A DNA stretch of 42,079 nt from a virus (lineage: Duplodnaviria > Caudoviricetes), in IMG/VR virus record IMGVR_UViG_3300004633_000006, positions 1 to 42,079 of that record. One strand, written 5' to 3'. Both the position numbers and the translations under genes were made by a program. Shown here one piece after another: positions 35,694-42,079 of this stretch. A model generated the notes under the pieces. The model ran no database searches. It worked only from the letters and a program-made list of their open reading frames with translations, and was not told where the DNA came from. The first letter of the stretch is position 1. Every line of letters starts with the position of its first letter.

Positions 35694-36244
35694 GAGCAAT
35701 CATCGTTGTCGCCTCTCTGTTCCTGTGCGGTACGGCTCATGCACAGCCGGCCGGACTTCCCAAACTTGCGCGTGAGGCAGCACTGAAGGTGCTTGCCAAG
35801 GTGCTCCAATCTCCTGATGCCCAGAGCGATCTTCAGAACGCGCTCAAGCTCGCCAATGCGGTTACGCCGCCCGACTATTCGGGAAAGTGCTGGCAGGCGA
35901 TGCTCGATCTGGGGACTACACTACAGACGGCGCCGCCAAAGGCAGGACTATTCACTCTGTACCAAGAGAAGCGAAACCTGACGATCGCCCCACCATCACA
36001 GCAGGAACAGGATTTCCATGTCGCCTGCTCGCCGATCTTCACCGATATTTCTGCTGATGTTGTGGGCATGAGCGCTCTGATCGGCATCAGCCTTCCCAAG
36101 TTTGCCCAGCGTGATGATGTGATGTCGCGGGTGGCTCTGGGCTTGGCTAAGCGCTACCGCGTCAATTTGGCGGTCCTCGGGATTTCAGATGCGTCGTCAT
36201 CTCAACGCCAGCGCAGAAAGACGACGGCGGTAAGGCTGCAATGA
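35690..36244 (+). CDS. exported protein
   Basis: Signal-like MRAIIVVASLFLCGTAHA-Q; AAGGAG RBS. Confidence 0.65.
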   Translation: MRAIIVVASLFLCGTAHAQPAGLPKLAREAALKVLAKVLQSPDAQSDLQNALKLANAVTPPDYSGKCWQAMLDLGTTLQTAPPKAGLFTLYQEKRNLTIAPPSQQEQDFHVACSPIFTDISADVVGMSALIGISLPKFAQRDDVMSRVALGLAKRYRVNLAVLGISDASSSQRQRRKTTAVRLQ

Positions 36245-36414
36245 CCGAGATATTCCGGATCGGCAAGAAGCTGGTCATCCGGGCCGCGGAGGATGTTGTT
36301 TTCATCGAGATTTTCTGCCGGGACTCCTACGAAGCTGTGGTCCTGTGCGAAGACCTGATAGCTCGCGGAAAGAGCAAGGAGGGTTTTGCTTTAAGAGTAT
36401 TTGGGTCAGAGTGA
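36241..36414 (+). CDS. hypothetical protein (57 aa, MTEIFRIGKK...)
   Basis: ATGA coupling; not in the ORF track. Confidence 0.6.
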   Translation: MTEIFRIGKKLVIRAAEDVVFIEIFCRDSYEAVVLCEDLIARGKSKEGFALRVFGSE

Positions 36415-36522
36415 TATCGTGAAAGTTTTCGGCATAGACCATAACGGATCATGTCATTGTATTTTAAACACAAAATGTTACCGTGAAACGCATAACTGAG
36501 GCCCGTCACGGGGTATTGACAT

Positions 36523-36897
36523 ATGGTTGAGGGTCGCAGAGACCGTACCGAGGACAAGGCGCGAGGCGTCCTGCAACCCGAGGATATTGACGCTATCGTA
36601 AAATTTGCCACTGCCGCCCGCCCATTGCACGAGATCGGCCCACACATGCACGAATTCGTGCGCCTTGTCGTTGGGATCGCCCCTTACGTTGACGACGTCA
36701 TCAGACTTTCTAAGCACGCCGGTGATCTGGCCGACCACGCCGAGGGTATAATAGCTGATGCGGAGGACAAGAAGTGGTGGAAGGGCCTCCGTCGCCGCGG
36801 GAAGTCGTTTGTGGCCACGGTGGCGTCGATCCTTGGAGCGATATGGGCCTACATCCTGATAAGCGACCACTGGTGGAAAGGAGGGGGGCATCCGTGA
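36523..36897 (+). CDS. C-terminal TM protein (holin-like)
   Basis: Soluble N-terminus, basic patch, single TM. Confidence 0.6.
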   Translation: MVEGRRDRTEDKARGVLQPEDIDAIVKFATAARPLHEIGPHMHEFVRLVVGIAPYVDDVIRLSKHAGDLADHAEGIIADAEDKKWWKGLRRRGKSFVATVASILGAIWAYILISDHWWKGGGHP

Positions 36898-37385
36898 GGT
36901 GGCTGCCGAGCCAGGCGGCAACCGTGACGGCAGCCGCCGCGGTCGCTGCCCTGCTGGCCTACGTGTCGTTTTCGATCTATGACCGATCTCGGATCTTGAA
37001 AAGAACCCCACCGATTGCCTTCCTGGGCGGCTCGATCGAGCCCAACGATGTGTCGTCACCGTCGACGGTGACGCTGCGGCGCAAAGTACGGTGGGATTTC
37101 AATTGCCAGCGAGTCGTCAACGATCGAGAGATCATCGACTTGGAAAGAGTCGTTCACAAGTTAGAGCCCGACTACATTTCCCCGCCGGAGCTTGCAGCTC
37201 TCCCGTCTGATCCGGCCAAGCCCGAAACATATCATATCGTTAATAGCGAAAAATGGATGATGATCCCGTCGCATCTGCCGGCAGGCGAGGCTCGATATAG
37301 GGTCAATACGTGCCTGACGTGCGGAGAGCTGAGCAATGAGCCTATTTGTGTTCAGGCTCCCGAGCTCTCGTTCACCGTACGCTGA
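36894..37385 (+). CDS. N-anchored periplasmic beta protein (lysis-associated?)
   Basis: GGAGG RBS, GTGA overlap, N-terminal TM, Cys pairs. Confidence 0.6.
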   Translation: MRWLPSQAATVTAAAAVAALLAYVSFSIYDRSRILKRTPPIAFLGGSIEPNDVSSPSTVTLRRKVRWDFNCQRVVNDREIIDLERVVHKLEPDYISPPELAALPSDPAKPETYHIVNSEKWMMIPSHLPAGEARYRVNTCLTCGELSNEPICVQAPELSFTVR

Positions 37386-37999
37386 AGGCCTTTATCGAAC
37401 AAGGCGGCCTCGTGCGCGCGGCGCCGCCACAGGTCGCCGCCCCGCGGCCACAAGCGCTGCATCGACAGGATGTCGTGCGGGATGGCCGCGAAGTTGCCGG
37501 CGGCCATGTGCGCCCGGATCGCGCGCCCTTCGGCATAACGGGCGCCCGGGTCGACGAATACGCCGGCGCCTCGGTTGTAGGCGAGGCTCACCAGCGCGCC
37601 CAGCGACGTTGGCGAAAGCTTGTCGGTGTTCTTGAGATATGCCTTGACTCGAGAAACCCACTTGGGCACTTCGCGCGTCGTGAATTCCAGCATCGCCTCG
37701 TCCCATGTGATCGTCACGCTTCCGCCGTGCGCGCGGACCCACTGGTGTGCCGCTTCGCCCTTGATGCCGCATGCGCGCTTGATGGCCGCGATCGTCTCTT
37801 CCGACACGATGCCTTCCCAGTCTTTCTCGGCCTCTGCCTGAGTGACATAGCCGCAATCGTAGCCGATGCCGATCGTCGGACCGCTAGCACCTTCAGGCCA
37901 CTCGAAGTGGGTGTAGTGCTTTTCGTAGTACGCCTTGTCGGAATCTTCCTCCCTGACGATCAGGTCAATAGCGTCCTGGGAGATTAGTGGGTCAGTCAC
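37352..37999 (-). CDS. endolysin (lysozyme fold)
   Basis: IVREE, SGPTIGIGYDCG, ALVSLAYNRG, RRRAHEAALF. Confidence 0.9.
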   Translation of the reverse strand: MTDPLISQDAIDLIVREEDSDKAYYEKHYTHFEWPEGASGPTIGIGYDCGYVTQAEAEKDWEGIVSEETIAAIKRACGIKGEAAHQWVRAHGGSVTITWDEAMLEFTTREVPKWVSRVKAYLKNTDKLSPTSLGALVSLAYNRGAGVFVDPGARYAEGRAIRAHMAAGNFAAIPHDILSMQRLWPRGGDLWRRRAHEAALFDKGLQRTVNESSGA

Positions 38000-38361
38000 G
38001 GATGGTCTCCTTCAAATCGCTCACTGAATGTCGCCGGTTCCAGCTCCGGCCATATACCATATCGAGGATCAGGCTGCGGCATCGGAATGGCCCCTGCCTC
38101 GCTGGGGAGAGACAGGGGCCGCGTATCACGTATGTTGTTGGATTTGGAACGGGGCATCACCTTCCTTTCTGCTGTTCGTCGGGAGGGGATCGTGTGGCGC
38201 ACATCGCGCGCCTGTGGGTGCCAGCATCGGCCCGCCGTCGATCGATAATATCGGCAGTAGCCGGCATCCGATGCAATGCACTGGGATCGAGTCATGCACG
38301 CCGACCCGAATGCCGGCGAGACGACGAAGAAAAAGGCGATGATGAATCCGAGGTGTTTCAT
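37996..38361 (-). CDS. exported Cys-containing protein
   Basis: Signal-like MKHLGFIIAFFFVVSPAFG; ATGA coupling to the endolysin. Confidence 0.6.
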   Translation of the reverse strand: MKHLGFIIAFFFVVSPAFGSACMTRSQCIASDAGYCRYYRSTAGRCWHPQARDVRHTIPSRRTAERKVMPRSKSNNIRDTRPLSLPSEAGAIPMPQPDPRYGIWPELEPATFSERFEGDHP

Positions 38362-38365
38362 GGTT

Positions 38366-38544
38366 TTTACGATCTTCGATTTCGGTTCTCTCTGTGACGA
38401 CGACTCGCTTACCAGTGTTTATCTCCAGTCTCGATCTTTTTTCTCGGTTCTCTCAACCGTTACAGCTCGTTCCGCAACCTCGGTGCTCTTGGGTTCAACG
38501 ACTCGCTCAAGGGCGCCGGTACTATCTGCTTGGTCGGCTCAATC
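38366..38544 (-). repeat. degenerate 18/36-nt periodic array
   Basis: Ten 9-mers of two alternating types separated mostly by 9 variable nt. Confidence 0.7.
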
Positions 38545-38931
38545 GTTGGTTATGTTTGTTGCCTCACTATCGGACGCTACTCGATTTTCCAGATGATTCA
38601 TCGCCTCGTCGTTGGCCTTGCGCAGGGCGTCCTCAAGCTCGCACAGTCCCTTGGACATCAGGTCGCTCATGACTTGACGGGCCCGCTGCGTGCGCTCCTC
38701 GTAGGCGTCGATCAGGCGAACGAGAACCAGCTCACCGCGCTTGGCCTCGGATACCAGCCGGTTCACGTCAGAAATCACAGCTTCTCCCGTCCTCTCCACG
38801 CCGGCACACATGGATGTGACCTTGGTCTTGATCTCGTCCGCGGACTGCGGCGGGTTCGGCCGGCGCATGACGGGAGGCATTGGCGCCGGTCCGTTGTCGC
38901 CTCGTTTGAAGACTCCCATGAAGTACTCCAT
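38539..38931 (-). CDS. hypothetical coiled-coil protein
   Basis: Coupled to the SSB stop; true start may be MGVF at 38919. Confidence 0.7.
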   Translation of the reverse strand: MEYFMGVFKRGDNGPAPMPPVMRRPNPPQSADEIKTKVTSMCAGVERTGEAVISDVNRLVSEAKRGELVLVRLIDAYEERTQRARQVMSDLMSKGLCELEDALRKANDEAMNHLENRVASDSEATNITND

Positions 38932-39323
38932 CAGAACGGGATTTCGTCGTCCAGATCCTCGTCATTGCGCCGCGGCTGGTCGTCTCCGTTTTCCTGGGTG
39001 ACGACGGCAGCCTTGCGGGATGCCTTGGGGATCTTGACCCGGATGGCCTCGACGCTGCGCCCCTGAAAATCAACCTGGGTCGGATACAGGACGATCGGGT
39101 TGCCGACCCAGCCTGACGTTTCGTCGCCGTAGACAGCGGATATATTGTTGGCGTTGGTCTTGTTGAGCACCAGGCCTTTTTTGGTTCCCTGAAAGTAAAT
39201 CACGGGCTTGACGTCATCGCCGATATCCTCGGTGACGACCTTCGCGATGACGAGCGTCACCTGACGATCTCCTAGTTCTGCTGCACGCACGTACTTGGAG
39301 GGAAATACGTCTGAGATTTTCAT
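38931..39323 (-). CDS. ssb: phage single-stranded DNA-binding protein
   Basis: FPSKY, LVLNKTN...YGDET..W.G; acidic tail DLDDEIPF; AGGAG RBS. Confidence 0.75.
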   Translation of the reverse strand: MKISDVFPSKYVRAAELGDRQVTLVIAKVVTEDIGDDVKPVIYFQGTKKGLVLNKTNANNISAVYGDETSGWVGNPIVLYPTQVDFQGRSVEAIRVKIPKASRKAAVVTQENGDDQPRRNDEDLDDEIPF

Positions 39324-39348
39324 TTCGGTTCTCCTGTTTGAGTTGAGC

Positions 39349-39388
39349 GGGGTGGTCCGCTTCCTGGGTCCACTTCACGGACCACCCC
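39349..39388. other. hairpin upstream of ssb
   Basis: GGGGTGGTCCG / CGGACCACCCC, 11-bp stem, 18-nt loop. Confidence 0.55.
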
Positions 39389-39659
39389 TATCCGCCGCAT
39401 CTTCAGCCGGCTTTACGGCGTTCGGCGGTACACGTCGCGGCGCAAATACGGGACAGAATCCCATGTTGATATTCGCGCAGCGGTTATAGTGCTCTCCTGT
39501 CCACACGGTTCGGGACACGAACCCATGGCCCTTCGGCCTAGGGAACTTGAGACAGAGCCAGTAGTATTCTTCCTTGTTGCGAGTTGCCGGGTGGACATGA
39601 TCGCAGTCCTCGCACCATGTCACGTTCTGGCGCTCGCTGTCGCTGATCATTATCGGCAT
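39375..39659 (-). CDS. Cys-rich hypothetical protein
   Basis: CEDC..., RCANIN..FCPVF. Confidence 0.7.
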   Translation of the reverse strand: MPIMISDSERQNVTWCEDCDHVHPATRNKEEYYWLCLKFPRPKGHGFVSRTVWTGEHYNRCANINMGFCPVFAPRRVPPNAVKPAEDAADRGGP

Positions 39660-39662
39660 GTC

Positions 39663-39830
39663 TCACTCATCAAACTGCCCCTCCTCGATCGATGTAGCTT
39701 CCAGGTCGTCACGACTGACAAATCCGTGCCGCTTGTGGCATCTAGTGCATTCGCCCCAAGTGCCAGTTTCGTCCTCGGCTGTTATGCAGGATCGACAGCG
39801 CCCGAAGTAACAAAGGATCGCATCAATCAT
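39663..39830 (-). CDS. small zinc-ribbon protein (55 aa)
   Basis: AAGGA RBS; CRSC...CTRC. Confidence 0.65.
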   Translation of the reverse strand: MIDAILCYFGRCRSCITAEDETGTWGECTRCHKRHGFVSRDDLEATSIEEGQFDE

Positions 39831-39984
39831 CGAACTGTCCTTTCTCGATCTCGACAACACGAACAGAAATAGCGCCGCGGTTAACAGCCGCCTCTCGCGA
39901 TTTATGCAGAGTAGCGTGAAAAGAACCGTCTGGTGCGCGATATAGAGCAACCCACCTCACCGGCTTGGTCGGGTCAAAGGTCAT
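39823..39984 (-). CDS. hypothetical protein (53 aa, MTFDPTKPV...IEKGQFDD)
   Basis: GGAG RBS; my own translation; not in the ORF track. Confidence 0.65.
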   Translation of the reverse strand: MTFDPTKPVRWVALYRAPDGSFHATLHKSREAAVNRGAISVRVVEIEKGQFDD

Positions 39985-40231
39985 GGCTTTTCTCCAAGAA
40001 ATGAATTTTTGTGAGCAATTCTGGAATGGCGTTTATCAGTTCAACAATCGCCTTCCGTTGCTCCGTATTTCCAGCGCAAGCAAAACAATTAGCAAGTACG
40101 CGATTCCCTGAAGCGATGACTTGCTCATGGTCGTAACTGCGCTGGGCCACCCTCCAGGGAAGCGGGTAGTCTTTCTCCAACAATGCAAGCGCTTGCTTTA
40201 GGTCGGTCGGGTCAAAGGGCTTGTCGGTCAT
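39974..40231 (-). CDS. hypothetical early protein
   Basis: PLPWRV...IVELINAIPELL; ATGA coupling. Confidence 0.7.
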   Translation of the reverse strand: MTDKPFDPTDLKQALALLEKDYPLPWRVAQRSYDHEQVIASGNRVLANCFACAGNTEQRKAIVELINAIPELLTKIHFLEKSHDL

Positions 40232-40422
40232 TTCAGGGTTTCCGTTTTTGCGAGGATGTCAGGGAGTTCCCGCTCCAAGAGCCGAAAAGCAAAAGCCTCA
40301 AAGGTTCTTTCAACGACTTCAGCCATTGGTATTTTGTGCATTTGGGACATCTGAAAAATGAGCTGATGCGTTTCTGGCCTTACGTTCAGCACAAGCCGCA
40401 CTTTTCCTTGCCCTACAGGCAT
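40228..40422 (-). CDS. second ribbon-helix-helix protein (64 aa)
   Basis: GGAGG RBS; KVRLVLNVRPETHQLIFQMSQMHKIPMAEVVER. Confidence 0.65.
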   Translation of the reverse strand: MPVGQGKVRLVLNVRPETHQLIFQMSQMHKIPMAEVVERTFEAFAFRLLERELPDILAKTETLK

Positions 40423-40512
40423 TTTGTATCCTCCATTTGAGCTGCGGCCTGCACCGGACCATGAACCCGTGCCGCAGAGCCCACAGGGCACAGTCGATTG
40501 CAATGCGGGGTT

Positions 40513-40731
40513 TCATTGGGGATCGTCCCTAGCTGTGATCCTGGCCACCGGAATGCCGAGCACGGTGAACACATCCTCATCGATTTCGGAAATCTGAATA
40601 TCATCACGGTGGCATTCGAATTCGAGCTGGATGACACCGCGAGTCCAAGTACCGACCGCGTTAGGCCATTCCGCACCGAACCATGACCACGCGATGCAGC
40701 GGCCGTCGAGGTGGTTAATGGAGAGGATCAT
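40513..40731 (-). CDS. hypothetical protein
   Basis: GGAG RBS, ATGA overlap. Confidence 0.6.
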   Translation of the reverse strand: MILSINHLDGRCIAWSWFGAEWPNAVGTWTRGVIQLEFECHRDDIQISEIDEDVFTVLGIPVARITARDDPQ

Positions 40732-41546
40732 AGCATCTGCTCCGTGAGCGGAAGCCACTGGCAACCAGGGGCTTTCATTTCTATGAGAATTTGCACGATG
40801 TCCTCAGCATAGGACGACAACGCCTCATCGCCGCTGCCACCTGCGGCGTCGGCGGCGGCGTCGGCGGCGTAGGCGGCGGCGGCGGCGGCGGCGGCGTAGG
40901 CGGCGTAGGCGGCGGCGTCGGCGGCGTAGGCGGCGGCGTCGACGGCGGCGGCGGAGGCGGCGGAGGCGGCGTAGGCGGCGGCGTCGGCGGCGTAGGCGGC
41001 GGAGGCGTAGGCGGCGGCGTCGACGGCGTAGGCGGCGGAGGCGTAGGCGGCGGCGTCGACGGCGGCGGCGGAGGCGGCGGCGGTCTTTTTTGCCTCTAAT
41101 GCTGCCTTTGTCGATGCATCGTGTTCGCATCGTGAAGCGGCACCTAGCAAAACTTGTTTGTGCTTCGGATCGCGATGGATTGAGGCGGCATAGCGAAGTG
41201 CAAGCGGGACTGATTTGGTTAACGCATAATCGACAACGCGACGCACAAATTCTTTTTCATCCAATGTGGCCGCGCTTCCGAGTTGCGCGACCGCAAGACG
41301 GCGCAAGCCTTTTGCGCGCGTCTCGTTTGAGGACCAACTTGCGTCATTCAAACGAATTTTCAATGAACGCAATGCAGGCGCGACACATTGAGGTTTGTCA
41401 CCATGAGGCAAACCAAGTGCAAAGCAAACTGCGGCCTCAACGCACATTTGACCGGGAATTTGATTTCCGAGACCGCTGGTCAGACCAGCATCCACAACGT
41501 CAAGCAATTTGCGAACGACTGACTCATTCACATCCATTTCGCTCAT
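40728..41546 (-). CDS. Ala-rich repeat protein
   Basis: Globular N-terminus (MCVEAAVC..LGLPHGD.P.CV), about 80-aa AAAY/AAAD tract at 40843-41082. Confidence 0.85.
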   Translation of the reverse strand: MSEMDVNESVVRKLLDVVDAGLTSGLGNQIPGQMCVEAAVCFALGLPHGDKPQCVAPALRSLKIRLNDASWSSNETRAKGLRRLAVAQLGSAATLDEKEFVRRVVDYALTKSVPLALRYAASIHRDPKHKQVLLGAASRCEHDASTKAALEAKKTAAASAAAVDAAAYASAAYAVDAAAYASAAYAADAAAYAASAASAAAVDAAAYAADAAAYAAYAAAAAAAAYAADAAADAAGGSGDEALSSYAEDIVQILIEMKAPGCQWLPLTEQML

Positions 41547-42079
41547 TGTGATTTCTCCTTGGCTAATAGCGAAGCCTCGGCCTCGGCCATACGCTTCATG
41601 TCGGCAAGCGCAGTTTCGTTGTCCTCGAAAAATCTCACGGGACTTATTTTGGGCAATGATGAGCTGGCGTCGTAAATCTTCATTGCCGCCAATGGCGTAT
41701 CGAAGAAAGCTTCTAATTTCCTGCCGGCATCACCCGCCAATGTAATCACCCATCCTGCACGGCAGTGCGCTTGTTCACAGGTGTGCCATGTTTTCATGTT
41801 GAATGCGTGGGGCTTTGACGCTGCCTCATATACTCGCTGATGGATGTTATCGATTACTGGGACCGCAGGCAGTGGCTTTGCCTGTGATGTTTTCGTAACG
41901 CCCAAGCAGCCCGAGCAGTCCGAGCAGCGCGAGCAGCGCGAGCAGTCCGAGCAGTCCGAGCAGTCCGAGCAGCGCGAGCAGCCCCGGCAGCCCGAGCAGT
42001 ACGAGCAGCCCGAGCAGTACGAGCAGCCCCGGCAGCCCCGGCAGCCCCGGCAGCCCGAGCAGCCCGAGCAGTACGAGCA
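41543..42079 (-). CDS. 3' part of the origin-spanning Cys-x-x repeat protein
   Basis: Repeats followed by the domain MKTWHTCEQAHCRAGWVITLAG. Confidence 0.85.
   Translation of the reverse strand, partial: CSYCSGCSGCRGCRGCRGCSYCSGCSYCSGCRGCSRCSDCSDCSDCSRCSRCSDCSGCLGVTKTSQAKPLPAVPVIDNIHQRVYEAASKPHAFNMKTWHTCEQAHCRAGWVITLAGDAGRKLEAFFDTPLAAMKIYDASSSLPKISPVRFFEDNETALADMKRMAEAEASLLAKEKSQ
41906..42079. repeat. 9-bp tandem repeat, continuous with 1-201 on the circle
   Basis: Units in unbroken 9-nt phase; the last 21 nt duplicate bases 1-21. Confidence 0.95.

Noticed and set aside
40791-41130. Poly-Gly and poly-Arg ORFs in the track
   Set aside because: Alternative-frame shadows of the GCC-rich Ala tract
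42059-42079. 21-bp terminal direct repeat as a physical genome end
   Set aside because: It lies inside a coding tandem repeat; best explained as assembler overlap
41906-42079. Diversity-generating retroelement target
   Set aside because: No reverse transcriptase, no TR/VR pair, and the variation is not adenine-specific
1-42079. tRNA, rRNA, integrase, ParA/ParB, CI repressor, DNA polymerase
   Set aside because: No supporting motifs seen; absence judged by eye, so highly diverged versions cannot be excluded

Overview
This window is an apparently complete, circularly assembled ~42 kb dsDNA tailed phage genome: bases 1-21 equal 42059-42079, and one gene reads through the join. Gene order is P22/podovirus-like and the likely host is an alphaproteobacterium (Hyphomicrobiales, inferred from the dif-like site and an RcGTA-type spike-base gene). 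Layout: a leftward early operon of small genes (about 930 to 1, continuing 42079 to 37352 and ending in SSB and endolysin); overlapping divergent promoters and an RHH regulator (976-1219); nuclease, DNA methyltransferase, radical SAM and replication genes (2.4-6.4 kb); a second leftward operon of tiny early genes (6.35-8.25 kb); a cis-site region (8.4-9.1 kb); then TerL, portal, scaffold, capsid, a four-enzyme cassette, adaptor/nozzle, fibres, ejection proteins and membrane/lysis genes. I found no integrase, CI-type repressor, ParA/ParB or obvious TerS. Main candidates for new biology: (1) host chromosome-maintenance sites (a full dif-like site with an inverted partner arm, paired IHF-like boxes, a near-consensus parS) without cognate phage proteins; (2) a Maf/dioxygenase/glycosyltransferase-like cassette inside the virion operon, suggesting virion glycosylation; (3) early microproteins ending in beta-clamp and SSB-tail motifs. 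All calls come from motif recognition by eye; no searches were run.
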